Below, one piece after another: positions 1 through 8,282 of a stretch of DNA of 64,000 bases. The DNA lies in the IMG/VR virus record IMGVR_UViG_3300040856_003054, positions 1 to 64,000 of that record. One strand, given 5' to 3'. The position numbers and the translations under genes are program-made. The stretch is from a virus. Under the pieces are notes generated by a model, which saw only the letters and a list, made by a program, of their open reading frames with translations, searched no databases and was not told the DNA's origin. Each line of letters starts with the position of its first letter. Positions within the stretch are counted from its first letter, which is position 1.

Positions 1-107
1 CCCACGAATGCCCGACTCCTTAATAAACATAAGGATGAAGAGATAGTCTGAACTTACTGGCGACAGTAAGAAGTAAAGAATAAAGAGTCTTTACGATAAC
101 ACAATTG
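1..107 (+). mobile_element. 3' part of a group I intron interrupting psbA
   Basis: P8-like hairpin TCCTTA..TAAGGA; J8/7-P7' motif GAAGAGATAGTCTG; P9 hairpin CTTACTG-GCGA-CAGTAAG; extra hairpin GTAAAGA..TCTTTAC; terminal G107 directly before the psbA His codon. Confidence 0.9.
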
Positions 108-179
108 CACAATTTCCCTCTTGACCTCGCAGCAGCAGAAACCACTCCTGTGGCAATGACCGCTCCTTCCATCGGTTGA
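108..179 (+). CDS. psbA: Photosystem II D1, last exon (HNFPLDLAAAETTPVAMTAPSIG*)
   Basis: Manual translation gives the D1 C-terminus with its processed extension. Confidence 0.97.
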   Translation, partial: HNFPLDLAAAETTPVAMTAPSIG

Positions 180-204
180 ATTTTCTAAAAACTGAATAAA
201 CAAG

Positions 205-230
205 AAAGGAACCTTCGGGTTCCTTTTTTT
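205..230 (+). terminator. Intrinsic terminator after psbA
   Basis: AAAGGAACC-TTCG-GGTTCCTTT followed by a T tract. Confidence 0.9.
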
Positions 231-275
231 ATGCTATAATGTATAAATAGTTATGGAAAGTTATGAGCAACTTAT

Positions 276-869
276 ATGGATTTACACCAACTAGTAATAT
301 CTGAATGTGAAAGAAGGGGATTGGAACTTATACATCTTCCAGAAAAACTTGTTCGCCGTTCTACTGATGTGGTTGTTAGTTGTCCTTGCACAGGCCAAAG
401 AACTATGAGTATAAGAAACTTTATTGTTACCTATGAAAAGGGTGGGGAAGCATTCTGTTGCAAAAGAAAATCAAAAGTTGGAAAAAATAATCCTGCATTT
501 GGAAAACCAACTTGGAATGCTGGAACTGTTGGAGTATCAAAAAGTTATGGATTTTTTGGATTTAAAGAAGAGTGGTCTGATAGAGAAGATTACTTATATT
601 TTATTGAAACCATATATGGAACTTATAAGATTGGTAGGTCTTTTCATGGAATAAAATATCGCTTCACTGAAACTGTAAAAGAACTTGGTGAATGGAAGGC
701 GTCTCATAAGGAAGTATTTGACTGCGAAAGATATATTTTGAATACTTATAAACAATATCAAAAAAAGATTGATGGTATAATTGGTGGGTCTGAGCACTTT
801 ACAAAAGATTTGCCCATTCAAGAAATTATGGAATATGCTAATCAATATTTAAGCACTAACACCTATTGA
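276..869 (+). CDS. Putative free-standing homing endonuclease (C-terminal GIY-YIG/T5orf172-like domain)
   Basis: YLYFIE..YKIGRS motif, NUMOD3-like KNNPAFGK, Cys pairs; late promoter TATAAATA at 242; lies between psbA and psbD. Confidence 0.65.
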   Translation: MDLHQLVISECERRGLELIHLPEKLVRRSTDVVVSCPCTGQRTMSIRNFIVTYEKGGEAFCCKRKSKVGKNNPAFGKPTWNAGTVGVSKSYGFFGFKEEWSDREDYLYFIETIYGTYKIGRSFHGIKYRFTETVKELGEWKASHKEVFDCERYILNTYKQYQKKIDGIIGGSEHFTKDLPIQEIMEYANQYLSTNTY

Positions 870-894
870 CTCTTATTGTAAACTAATGTAAACT
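866..894 (+). promoter_or_regulatory. Sigma70-type psbD promoter with overlapping HLR1 (RpaB) site
   Basis: TTGACT-N17-TAAACT; the minus strand at 875-892 reads TTTACATT-AG-TTTACAAT. Confidence 0.75.
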
Positions 895-919
895 AAATAT
901 GAGAAATACATAGGAGGAT

Positions 920-1981
920 ATGACTTCTTCAACACTTTCACAACCTATTCAATCACGGGGGTGGTTTGATGTCCTGGATGACTGGCTTAAACGAGATCGC
1001 TTTGTATTTGTGGGTTGGTCTGGACTACTACTTTTTCCCACTGCTTATCTTGCCCTTGGTGGCTGGCTTACTGGCACAACGTTTGTTACAAGCTGGTACA
1101 CCCACGGGTTGGCGTCTAGTTACCTTGAGGGGGCTAATTTCCTTACGGCAGCTGTGTCAACGCCTGCAGATTCTATGGGTCATTCTCTTCTTCTACTTTG
1201 GGGTCCTGAGTCTCAAGGGGATTTCGTCAGGTGGTGCCAACTTGGGGGACTCTGGACTTTTGTGGCGCTCCACGGGGCCTTTAGTCTGATCGGATTCATG
1301 CTTCGCCAGTTTGAGATTTCTAGACTGGTGGGTATCAGACCATATAACGCAATCGCATTCTCTGGTCCTATCGCTGTGTTCGTCAGCGTGTTCCTGATGT
1401 ATCCACTAGGACAATCATCCTGGTTCTTCGCACCATCATTTGGTGTAGCAGCGATCTTCAGGTTCCTGCTGTTCCTACAAGGGTTCCACAACTGGACACT
1501 CAACCCCTTCCATATGATGGGAGTTGCTGGTATACTGGGAGGAGCACTTCTCTGTGCAATTCACGGTGCAACAGTTGAGAACACACTTTATGAAGACAGT
1601 GATCAGTCAAACACTTTCAAGGCTTTTGAACCAACTCAAGAGGAGGAAACTTATTCGATGGTTACTGCTAACCGTTTCTGGTCACAGATTTTCGGTATTG
1701 CTTTTAGTAACAAGCGTTGGTTGCATTTCTTTATGCTATTTGTTCCCGTCATGGGTCTTTGGACTTCTTCTATTGGAATCATTGGTCTTGCTCTCAATCT
1801 ACGTGCATACGATTTTGTATCTCAAGAGATTAGAGCGGCGGAGGATCCAGAGTTCGAGACCTTCTACACGAAGAATATTCTTCTGAATGAAGGTCTTCGT
1901 GCTTGGATGGCTCCAGTAGACCAACCCGGAGCAAACTTTGTATTTCCAGAGGAAGTTTTACCTCGTGGAAATGCTTTATGA
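920..1981 (+). CDS. psbD: Photosystem II D2 protein
   Basis: [22 protein letters not shown]...[10 protein letters not shown]; SD AGGAGG. Confidence 0.99.
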   Translation: MTSSTLSQPIQSRGWFDVLDDWLKRDRFVFVGWSGLLLFPTAYLALGGWLTGTTFVTSWYTHGLASSYLEGANFLTAAVSTPADSMGHSLLLLWGPESQGDFVRWCQLGGLWTFVALHGAFSLIGFMLRQFEISRLVGIRPYNAIAFSGPIAVFVSVFLMYPLGQSSWFFAPSFGVAAIFRFLLFLQGFHNWTLNPFHMMGVAGILGGALLCAIHGATVENTLYEDSDQSNTFKAFEPTQEEETYSMVTANRFWSQIFGIAFSNKRWLHFFMLFVPVMGLWTSSIGIIGLALNLRAYDFVSQEIRAAEDPEFETFYTKNILLNEGLRAWMAPVDQPGANFVFPEEVLPRGNAL

Positions 1982-2010
1982 TATAAATAATTCTATCGTG
2001 TGGTAGAATT

Positions 2011-2460
2011 ATGGAAAAGATAGGAATGCTTACCATTCTTGATGAATGGTCTGATAAGGTTCACAGATACTGTAAAGTTCAGTGTGAATGTGGAACTATA
2101 AAAACAGTTCGCAGATCATCTATGAAACCTGGGCAAACAGTATCTTGTGGATGTTATAGACGAGAACTTGATAGAAAGAAGGGGAGAGATCTTCGTTCAC
2201 CTATGTGGTCTCGGGCAAAATATAGAGCAAAGCAAAAGGGTCTGGATTTTAATATCACAAAAGAAGATATTGTTATTCCAGACACCTGTCCTTTGTTAGG
2301 CACTCCTATGGAATCACCATCATTAGATCGTATTGATTCTTCCAAAGGATATATCAAAGGTAATGTGTGGGTCATCAGCAACAGAGCCAATACTCTTAAA
2401 AATGATGCAACTCTAACAGAACTTAAAACTTTAGTGGAGAATCTACAGAGGTTAAAATAA
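2011..2460 (+). CDS. HNH/His-Me family putative homing endonuclease
   Basis: SLDRIDSSKGYIKGNVWVISNRANTLK motif, N-terminal CECG/SCGC; late promoter at 1982. Confidence 0.85.
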   Translation: MEKIGMLTILDEWSDKVHRYCKVQCECGTIKTVRRSSMKPGQTVSCGCYRRELDRKKGRDLRSPMWSRAKYRAKQKGLDFNITKEDIVIPDTCPLLGTPMESPSLDRIDSSKGYIKGNVWVISNRANTLKNDATLTELKTLVENLQRLK

Positions 2461-2465
2461 ATATA

Positions 2466-2490
2466 AGGAGTTCCCCGAACTCCTTTTTTT
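2466..2490 (+). terminator. Intrinsic terminator
   Basis: AAGGAGTT..AACTCCTT plus T tract. Confidence 0.8.
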
Positions 2491-2610
2491 ATGACTGGTA
2501 TTCTAGTATTCTTCATAACCTTTGGCATCTTTCTAACTGTACTATCACTCACAGATCATTATCATTATTGATAAGACGTGATATAATATTTTAAGTAGTT
2601 ATTTTGAATT

Positions 2611-2868
2611 ATGGTTAACTTTAATATTGGTGACATTTGTAGAATAGATAATCCTCTTCAGAAAAAACATGGAAGAGAATTTGAGATTATAGGATTCGTT
2701 TATGACAAAACTTTGGATATGCATAACCATTTTCCATGTAGGTTAAAAGTAAGATATCTTGATACTAATCGTAAAGGAACATACTCTAATTCATTTGATT
2801 CCTTGGTAAAGGTTGGCGAATCTGAAAATCCAAATAAAAAGGATATTATTGAAGTTCTTCACTACTGA
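2611..2868 (+). CDS. Hypothetical protein
   Basis: 85-aa ORF preceded by TATAAT. Confidence 0.6.
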   Translation: MVNFNIGDICRIDNPLQKKHGREFEIIGFVYDKTLDMHNHFPCRLKVRYLDTNRKGTYSNSFDSLVKVGESENPNKKDIIEVLHY

Positions 2869-2946
2869 GAATTTTGTAGAAATCAAGACAAAACTTATAT
2901 CAAATATCTGGTACAATTTCTAAATAATTTTTTACAATACTTAAAG

Positions 2947-3612
2947 ATGCTTTTAGACTTAGCACACACAATTGCTGACTATACTATTTGTGGTGAAGGT
3001 AATGTATCGGAAAGACATACTGAGGATACATTTCTAATCAAAGCAAGTGGCACAAGTCTTCATACATTATCAGAAGAAGATTTAGTTCTTGTAGATACAG
3101 ACGCGCAACAACTTAATCCTGAACATAAGAAACCAAGCATTGAGGTATTGTTTCATGCTTGGATTATGAAGCACTTCCCAGAAATCAATTATATTGCTCA
3201 TACACATCCACCTAAGACAACTCAGATACTCTGCTCTCCTGCTGTAAATGATTTTGCCTGTCAGAGGTGGTTCCCAGATCAAATCGTAAGGAATGGTGTA
3301 CTGTCCTGTTTGGTCCCTTATGCGCCTCCTGGGGCGCGACTACTTGCCAATGTGGAGAAGTATGTTGGTGAGTTTGTGGATTATCATGGATACATTCCCA
3401 AGTTGATTCTTCTAGAAAATCATGGTATCATTACAGCATCACCTTATCAAAAAGATTGTGCTGCTGCTACATTAATGTGTGAGAAGTCAGCAGAAATCTT
3501 TGTTGGTGCCAAACTTCTTGGTGGTGTCAACTTTCTTCCTGATGAAGAGATTGAGCATCTAGAAAACTGCCCAGGTGAGCAGTATCGTCGTCGTATGTAT
3601 TTTGTAAAATAA
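2947..3612 (+). CDS. Class II aldolase/adducin family protein
   Basis: EGNVS, IKASG, KPSIE..H, HTHP and LENHG motifs. Confidence 0.9.
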   Translation: MLLDLAHTIADYTICGEGNVSERHTEDTFLIKASGTSLHTLSEEDLVLVDTDAQQLNPEHKKPSIEVLFHAWIMKHFPEINYIAHTHPPKTTQILCSPAVNDFACQRWFPDQIVRNGVLSCLVPYAPPGARLLANVEKYVGEFVDYHGYIPKLILLENHGIITASPYQKDCAAATLMCEKSAEIFVGAKLLGGVNFLPDEEIEHLENCPGEQYRRRMYFVK

Positions 3613-3635
3613 ATACTCATAAGTCGCAAGCACTT

Positions 3636-4007
3636 ATGGGACCTCTCCAATCGCCCGAAGAATACTTGTTCAATCTACATGCAACAAGTCAATCAGAAGC
3701 AAAACGATTATGGAGGAAACAAATAAAGGAAAGTTGGGATCATAAATGTGCTTACTGTGGTTCGGAAGAAGATTTAACTCTGGACCACGTTATTCCACAG
3801 TCAAAAGGTGGGTTAGATATTACAAGGAACGTTGTATGTTGCTGTAAGTCATGTAATCAATCCAAAGGACATGATCACTGGAAATTGTGGTATGTTCAGC
3901 AAGATTTTTATTGTGAAGAAAAGTTTTATATTATAGAAGAGTGGATGAAACCACCAAAACCAGCCAATCTTTTTGCTTATCGTCCAAGGAAAAATATTAG
4001 ATACTAG
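3636..4007 (+). CDS. HNH endonuclease
   Basis: CAYCG..LTLDHVIPQSKGG..NVVCCCKSCNQSKG. Confidence 0.92.
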   Translation: MGPLQSPEEYLFNLHATSQSEAKRLWRKQIKESWDHKCAYCGSEEDLTLDHVIPQSKGGLDITRNVVCCCKSCNQSKGHDHWKLWYVQQDFYCEEKFYIIEEWMKPPKPANLFAYRPRKNIRY

Positions 4008-4315
4008 TAATTTTATACATATAAGAGTTGCAAAACTAAAATGAAAACTTTAACACTCACAGAAGACCAGGTTAAACTTCTGGCGGATGCGGTATGGATG
4101 CGTCAAAGATGTTTTATTGCAGGTGATAAAAGATTTAAAGAGTATGGTATAATCTTGGAAGATATTCTTGGAGACCTTGAGTATACACCATCAAGATATT
4201 AAAATGATTACTTCTGAGACACCTTATAAACTTGCAGAAATTATTAGAGATACTTGGCCAAATCTTTACAGACCATCAAAAGAAACTTATAATACAAAAA
4301 GTCAGAAGAAAAAGA

Positions 4316-4600
4316 ATGTATGATTATTGGGTGGTGACAGATAAAATCGCAGGTAGAGTTATAGCTCACTGTGGTGAAGAACATGACGCATTGTTGATGG
4401 TTAGTTTTGCTCCTGATAAAAGAACATACAGGAAGCAAAAGTTTATTATGGACCAAGTGATTACAGTCACATCAACAACAGACAAACAACTTTTTGGTCA
4501 GCAAGGATTGCCAGCAGCAAAAGAAGAACTACCTCCAATAGAACTTCAGCAGCAAGTATGGCTTCCCGAAGGTCAAGGAATTCCAGTTAACGCTAAATAA
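4316..4600 (+). CDS. Hypothetical protein
   Basis: ORF; start MYDYWV chosen by overlap with an upstream small ORF. Confidence 0.6.
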   Translation: MYDYWVVTDKIAGRVIAHCGEEHDALLMVSFAPDKRTYRKQKFIMDQVITVTSTTDKQLFGQQGLPAAKEELPPIELQQQVWLPEGQGIPVNAK

Positions 4601-4620
4601 CTTTCAGTTTTATACCAATT

Positions 4621-4857
4621 ATGAAGTTTACAGTTTATTCGAAAGACGGTTGCCCATATTGCACAAAAGTTCAACAGGTGCTAGATTTAGCAGAACTACA
4701 ACACGTAGTTTATAAACTTGGTGTGGATTTTAGTCGTGAAGAATTCTATGCAGAGTTTGGTAATGGTTCTACATTCCCTCAAGTGATTGTAGATGAAAAA
4801 CCCATTGGAGGTTGTACAGATACTGTTCAATATCTCAAGGAGCAAAACCTAGTTTAA
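4621..4857 (+). CDS. nrdC: Glutaredoxin
   Basis: CPYC active site, TFPQV, IGG. Confidence 0.93.
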   Translation: MKFTVYSKDGCPYCTKVQQVLDLAELQHVVYKLGVDFSREEFYAEFGNGSTFPQVIVDEKPIGGCTDTVQYLKEQNLV

Positions 4858-5216
4858 TGATTAACAATTTTCACGAAGTTTACAATGACGTTGAAAAAGC
4901 AATTGACTATGCTTTTAATGGACAATTTGTGTTAAAATTTTATGACTATCTAAAGGTTCGTGGAACAAAAAAAATTGAGGTTGACGAGTTTATTGAAAGC
5001 GCAACTGCTAAAGAAATTGATAGTTTAGTAGTTGACCTTAATGAATATCTTGAAGGTGGTTCAGATGAAGTTCATAAACAACTTCGTGAAGGATACGGAC
5101 ATATTCCAAAACCACAAGCAAGAAAAATTAGAAATTACCTTCACGGAATACTAGAGGATGCCCGAAAGTACAGTTATGACAAAAGACCAGGGCGAAGGAA
5201 AAAGCAAACTAAATAA
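4857..5216 (+). CDS. Conserved cyanophage hypothetical protein
   Basis: TAATG coupling to glutaredoxin; LREGYGHIPKPQARKIRNYL. Confidence 0.75.
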   Translation: MINNFHEVYNDVEKAIDYAFNGQFVLKFYDYLKVRGTKKIEVDEFIESATAKEIDSLVVDLNEYLEGGSDEVHKQLREGYGHIPKPQARKIRNYLHGILEDARKYSYDKRPGRRKKQTK

Positions 5217-5382
5217 CAGTGAACCCCAGATTAATCGGGGCGTTGAGTTATTACTACGCAATAGGAGGAGAAAATCTGAAAGACCAAAAACTTTTCAAGT
5301 GAAGTTTGGTAAGATGATTTCTCTCTTCCACAGAGAGTTTCATTTCTTTATTGATCTTCACTTTGATATAAAGAAAAAGTAA
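5158..5382 (+). CDS. Hypothetical protein
   Basis: ORF in the operon; start uncertain. Confidence 0.55.
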   Translation: MPESTVMTKDQGEGKSKLNNSEPQINRGVELLLRNRRRKSERPKTFQVKFGKMISLFHREFHFFIDLHFDIKKK

Positions 5383-5400
5383 ATTCTCTGGAGAAGACAA

Positions 5401-5631
5401 ATGCTAGCAGTAGCTCTAACCATAGGAACATTAGTTTCAATTATGTTCTTTTTTGTAGGAGGAGTAGTAGGATGGTTAGCAAAGGAACACTTCTACCAAA
5501 CTCAACCAGTTTACACTCACCCAGAGATGTTTGATTCAAATGGGAATGTAATACCCGACGAAATTTTAGCTGTGAGATTTGAAAACGATTATGACTACGA
5601 CTACGACGAGGAAGAAGAAGACAACGACTGA
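5401..5631 (+). CDS. Small membrane protein
   Basis: N-terminal TM helix, HPEM motif, acidic tail. Confidence 0.75.
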   Translation: MLAVALTIGTLVSIMFFFVGGVVGWLAKEHFYQTQPVYTHPEMFDSNGNVIPDEILAVRFENDYDYDYDEEEEDND

Positions 5632-6166
5632 AAAACCAATCGAAACTCTTCCTATCAATCCATTTGTTTATGAAATTTTAGATCTTGCATCAAAGCAAAG
5701 ATCTAATGCAAAGAAAGTTGAAGTGCTTAAAACTTATGAGCATGATTCTCTAAAGACCATTTTTATTTGGAATTTTGACGAAACTGTAATTAGCCTTCTT
5801 CCAGAGGGTGATGTTCCTTATGCAAATGCTGAAGAGCAAACAGTTTATTCTGGCACTCTTTCTGAAAACTTGTCTAAAGAAGCATCAGGTGGAGAATCTG
5901 CTACTGGTCAAGATCTAGATGGACGAGGACGCACATCTCTACGTAGAGAGTATCAAAATCTCTATCACTATGTAAAAGGTGGCAATGCGGGTCTCAATAC
6001 AATCCGTAGAGAGATGATGTTTATTAATCTTCTAACAGGTCTTCATCCTAGAGAAGCGGAAGTATTAATTCTTACAAAAGATAAAAAGTTAACTGATAAA
6101 TATAAGATAAGTTTTGAAAATGTCAAAGAAGCATATCCCGACATTCAATGGGGTGGGCGTTCATGA
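5591..6166 (+). CDS. Conserved T4-like hypothetical protein
   Basis: LPEGDVPY and RREMMFINLLTGLHPREAE motifs. Confidence 0.8.
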   Translation: MTTTTTRKKKTTTEKPIETLPINPFVYEILDLASKQRSNAKKVEVLKTYEHDSLKTIFIWNFDETVISLLPEGDVPYANAEEQTVYSGTLSENLSKEASGGESATGQDLDGRGRTSLRREYQNLYHYVKGGNAGLNTIRREMMFINLLTGLHPREAEVLILTKDKKLTDKYKISFENVKEAYPDIQWGGRS

Positions 6167-6501
6167 CGGTCGCTGTAAGTACGGAGAAAAGTATGGCAGA
6201 AAATGGAAGAGAAGAAAAAAACATTCTGCCAAGTAGTTATGGGTGTGATATCCTACTTCAGGACACTGCACTAAACAATGTAAAAGATCCTTCTTTTCCA
6301 AATGATGCATACTTGATTTGGTACAACAATGATGGAACTGAACGTCTTGATTTAGTAAGAGGGTCTAGAGTTCGTATCTTTGATATGTACTATGACAAAT
6401 ACGGTCCAGGAGTTATTCAAAAGATTGACTTTGGATATGGAAGAACTAACCCTAAACTGTGGGGATATAAGCAACCTGAGAAGAAAAAGAAAGGAAGATG
6501 A
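6163..6501 (+). CDS. Conserved cyanophage hypothetical protein
   Basis: ATGA overlap; IFDMYYD..GRTNPKLW. Confidence 0.75.
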   Translation: MTVAVSTEKSMAENGREEKNILPSSYGCDILLQDTALNNVKDPSFPNDAYLIWYNNDGTERLDLVRGSRVRIFDMYYDKYGPGVIQKIDFGYGRTNPKLWGYKQPEKKKKGR

Positions 6502-6716
6502 GTGAAGGTTTTAGAGGTTTTGCTAAACCAGCAAAAGATAAAGAATTTAAACTGTATATTAAAAACAGAGAAGTAGAAAAACTTATTAAAGAATATAAGA
6601 AAATTAAAAAGTATCAAAAGTCATCTATTTTCGAAATAGAAAAACTATCAGGACAAGAAACCAAGATAGATAAATTACTAAACGAATATGGAATAGACCC
6701 CGAAGCAATTGAATAA
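6498..6716 (+). CDS. Hypothetical protein
   Basis: Translationally coupled ORF. Confidence 0.7.
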   Translation: MSEGFRGFAKPAKDKEFKLYIKNREVEKLIKEYKKIKKYQKSSIFEIEKLSGQETKIDKLLNEYGIDPEAIE

Positions 6717-7042
6717 TGGGAAAACATTATCTCCTTAATTTGTATGGATGCTCGTTTGTTCTTTTGGACGACGAGCGTTGTCTTATAGATCTGCTGGAAA
6801 ATGCTGCAGCAGCAAGCGGTGCTACAGTGGTTCAAACTATATCAAAAAAGTTTGAACCACAAGGAGTTACTGTTATTTGTTTACTTTCAGAAAGTCACAT
6901 TAGTATTCATACTTGGCCTGAAGAAGGTAAGGCGGCAGTTGATGTTTATACTTGCGGCGATTGTAATCCAAAAATTGGATGTGATATTATCATTCAACAA
7001 CTCTATGCTCAAGATCATACCCTAAGTTATATTGAGCGTTAA
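6716..7042 (+). CDS. speD: S-adenosylmethionine decarboxylase proenzyme
   Basis: FEPQGVT, LSESHISIHTWPE, DVYTCG. Confidence 0.95.
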   Translation: MGKHYLLNLYGCSFVLLDDERCLIDLLENAAAASGATVVQTISKKFEPQGVTVICLLSESHISIHTWPEEGKAAVDVYTCGDCNPKIGCDIIIQQLYAQDHTLSYIER

Positions 7043-7069
7043 CTAAATACACTATATTTGGAGAATTCT

Positions 7070-7387
7070 ATGCTCTCTACACAATATCGTTTGCGCCTTG
7101 AAGCAATCTGTGAAAGAATTGTTGCAGGCGAATCCGTAGAGTTAAGTGAAATGATTTGGGCAGAAAAACTTGCCAAAGCAAATCGTTCTGCAGCAACTAT
7201 TCTAAGACAAGCAAGACGCCGTGCATCTAATCCTAATATGCAGGAAGGTGGTCTAGATGACTTTATGAATGCGTTGGACCTTGGTGATCCTGATCCATCA
7301 AACCATAGAAGCAGATTTAATGGTGCTGATGATATCATTGATTTCTTTACAGGAGATAAACCAGAGGACTGGAGACAGAGAGATTAA
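7070..7387 (+). CDS. Conserved cyanophage/cyanobacterial hypothetical protein
   Basis: MLSTQYRLRLEAIC...DWRQRD. Confidence 0.75.
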   Translation: MLSTQYRLRLEAICERIVAGESVELSEMIWAEKLAKANRSAATILRQARRRASNPNMQEGGLDDFMNALDLGDPDPSNHRSRFNGADDIIDFFTGDKPEDWRQRD

Positions 7388-7402
7388 GAAATAATAAAAT
7401 TG

Positions 7403-7453
7403 GTATAACGTTTTACAAACTTACTTGCATAACTATATTGATAGGTCTATAAT
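7403..7453 (+). promoter_or_regulatory. NtcA box plus sigma70 promoter
   Basis: GTA-N8-TAC at 7403-7416; TTGCAT-N17-TATAAT at 7425-7453. Confidence 0.7.
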
Positions 7454-7460
7454 GACCTTA

Positions 7461-7555
7461 CGTTCATCGGAGAAATCCGACGCAAGTAGGACGGCGGAAC
7501 GGAACGTTCATTCGCTATTTGCAAATAGCGAACGCAAACCGCCCAAAGGAACGGG
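7461..7555 (+). ncRNA. Tandem glutamine riboswitch aptamers (glnA/Downstream-peptide class)
   Basis: Two CGTTCA-[hairpin]-ACGCAA...GGAACG units starting at the predicted TSS, upstream of a YRG-motif peptide. Confidence 0.8.
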
Positions 7556-7586
7556 AATTAAAACTCTCATTCTGGAGGAAACCCCA

Positions 7587-7724
7587 ATGTCTAAAGTAGT
7601 ATATCGTGGTGTTGAGTATGATACCCAGAAGCGTCTGGAGTATCAACAACAGATGATGCAACAACCCCAACAATACAACGAAAACTATCGTGGTGTTCGT
7701 TTTGTAAAGGAGGGTCATAAGTGA
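7587..7724 (+). CDS. DUF4278-like small protein
   Basis: MSKVVYRGVEYD...YRGVRF (two YRG motifs); SD GGAGG. Confidence 0.85.
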   Translation: MSKVVYRGVEYDTQKRLEYQQQMMQQPQQYNENYRGVRFVKEGHK

Positions 7725-7822
7725 TGAAGAAACTCAACGTGCTCCAACTCATTAAAGAGCAGAAGCAAAAAGAGAATCGTCGTTATCAAGCACTTCTAGC
7801 AAACGCAGGAGCAGGTAAGTGA
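7724..7822 (+). CDS. 32-aa basic peptide
   Basis: TGATG coupling; MKKLNVLQLIKEQKQKENRRYQALLANAGAGK. Confidence 0.65.
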   Translation: MKKLNVLQLIKEQKQKENRRYQALLANAGAGK

Positions 7823-8048
7823 TTGCTACTATCGCGGCTATTATGGGCGCATCAACAGCATTCATTTATCTCATATATATTGAAGTTCTATTACTTAATA
7901 GGTAGTGGAAAATTACCGTTATCACTATGATGATATGGACAAGGACAATAGAGGTCCCGCTTGTTATCTTTTAACATATCGTGGTTGTCGCTATTGGTCT
8001 TGTTATCGTATTCATCTAGTGGAATGGTTTGAGAAAATGTTTAATGTA

Positions 8049-8085
8049 GAGGGTTCTTGACGAACCCTCTTTTTTTGTGTATAAT
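8049..8085 (+). terminator. Terminator overlapping a sigma70 promoter
   Basis: AGAGGGTTC-TTGAC-GAACCCTCT plus T tract; TTGACG in the loop and TATAAT downstream. Confidence 0.8.
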
Positions 8086-8108
8086 TAGCTTTGTCAGCGT
8101 TCAATTTG

Positions 8109-8282
8109 ATGGATAGAGAAAAGCTTAAGCTAATTGTCAGAAACCTTGAATCTCTGGTAGAATGTCTAAAGTCAGAGATTTATTCTGATGTAGATTCGTA
8201 CAAACCAAACTATGAGGAAGTTGTTCCTTATCTTGCCGACTATGATGAAATCTTTGAGGATAGTGATTTAGATGACTATTGA
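8109..8282 (+). CDS. Conserved cyanophage hypothetical protein
   Basis: MDREKLKLIVRNLESLVECLKSEIYSD. Confidence 0.7.
   Translation: MDREKLKLIVRNLESLVECLKSEIYSDVDSYKPNYEEVVPYLADYDEIFEDSDLDDY

Noticed and set aside
7425-7586. N-terminal extension of the DUF4278 ORF
   Set aside because: Overlaps the promoter and riboswitch; the SD-supported start is 7587.
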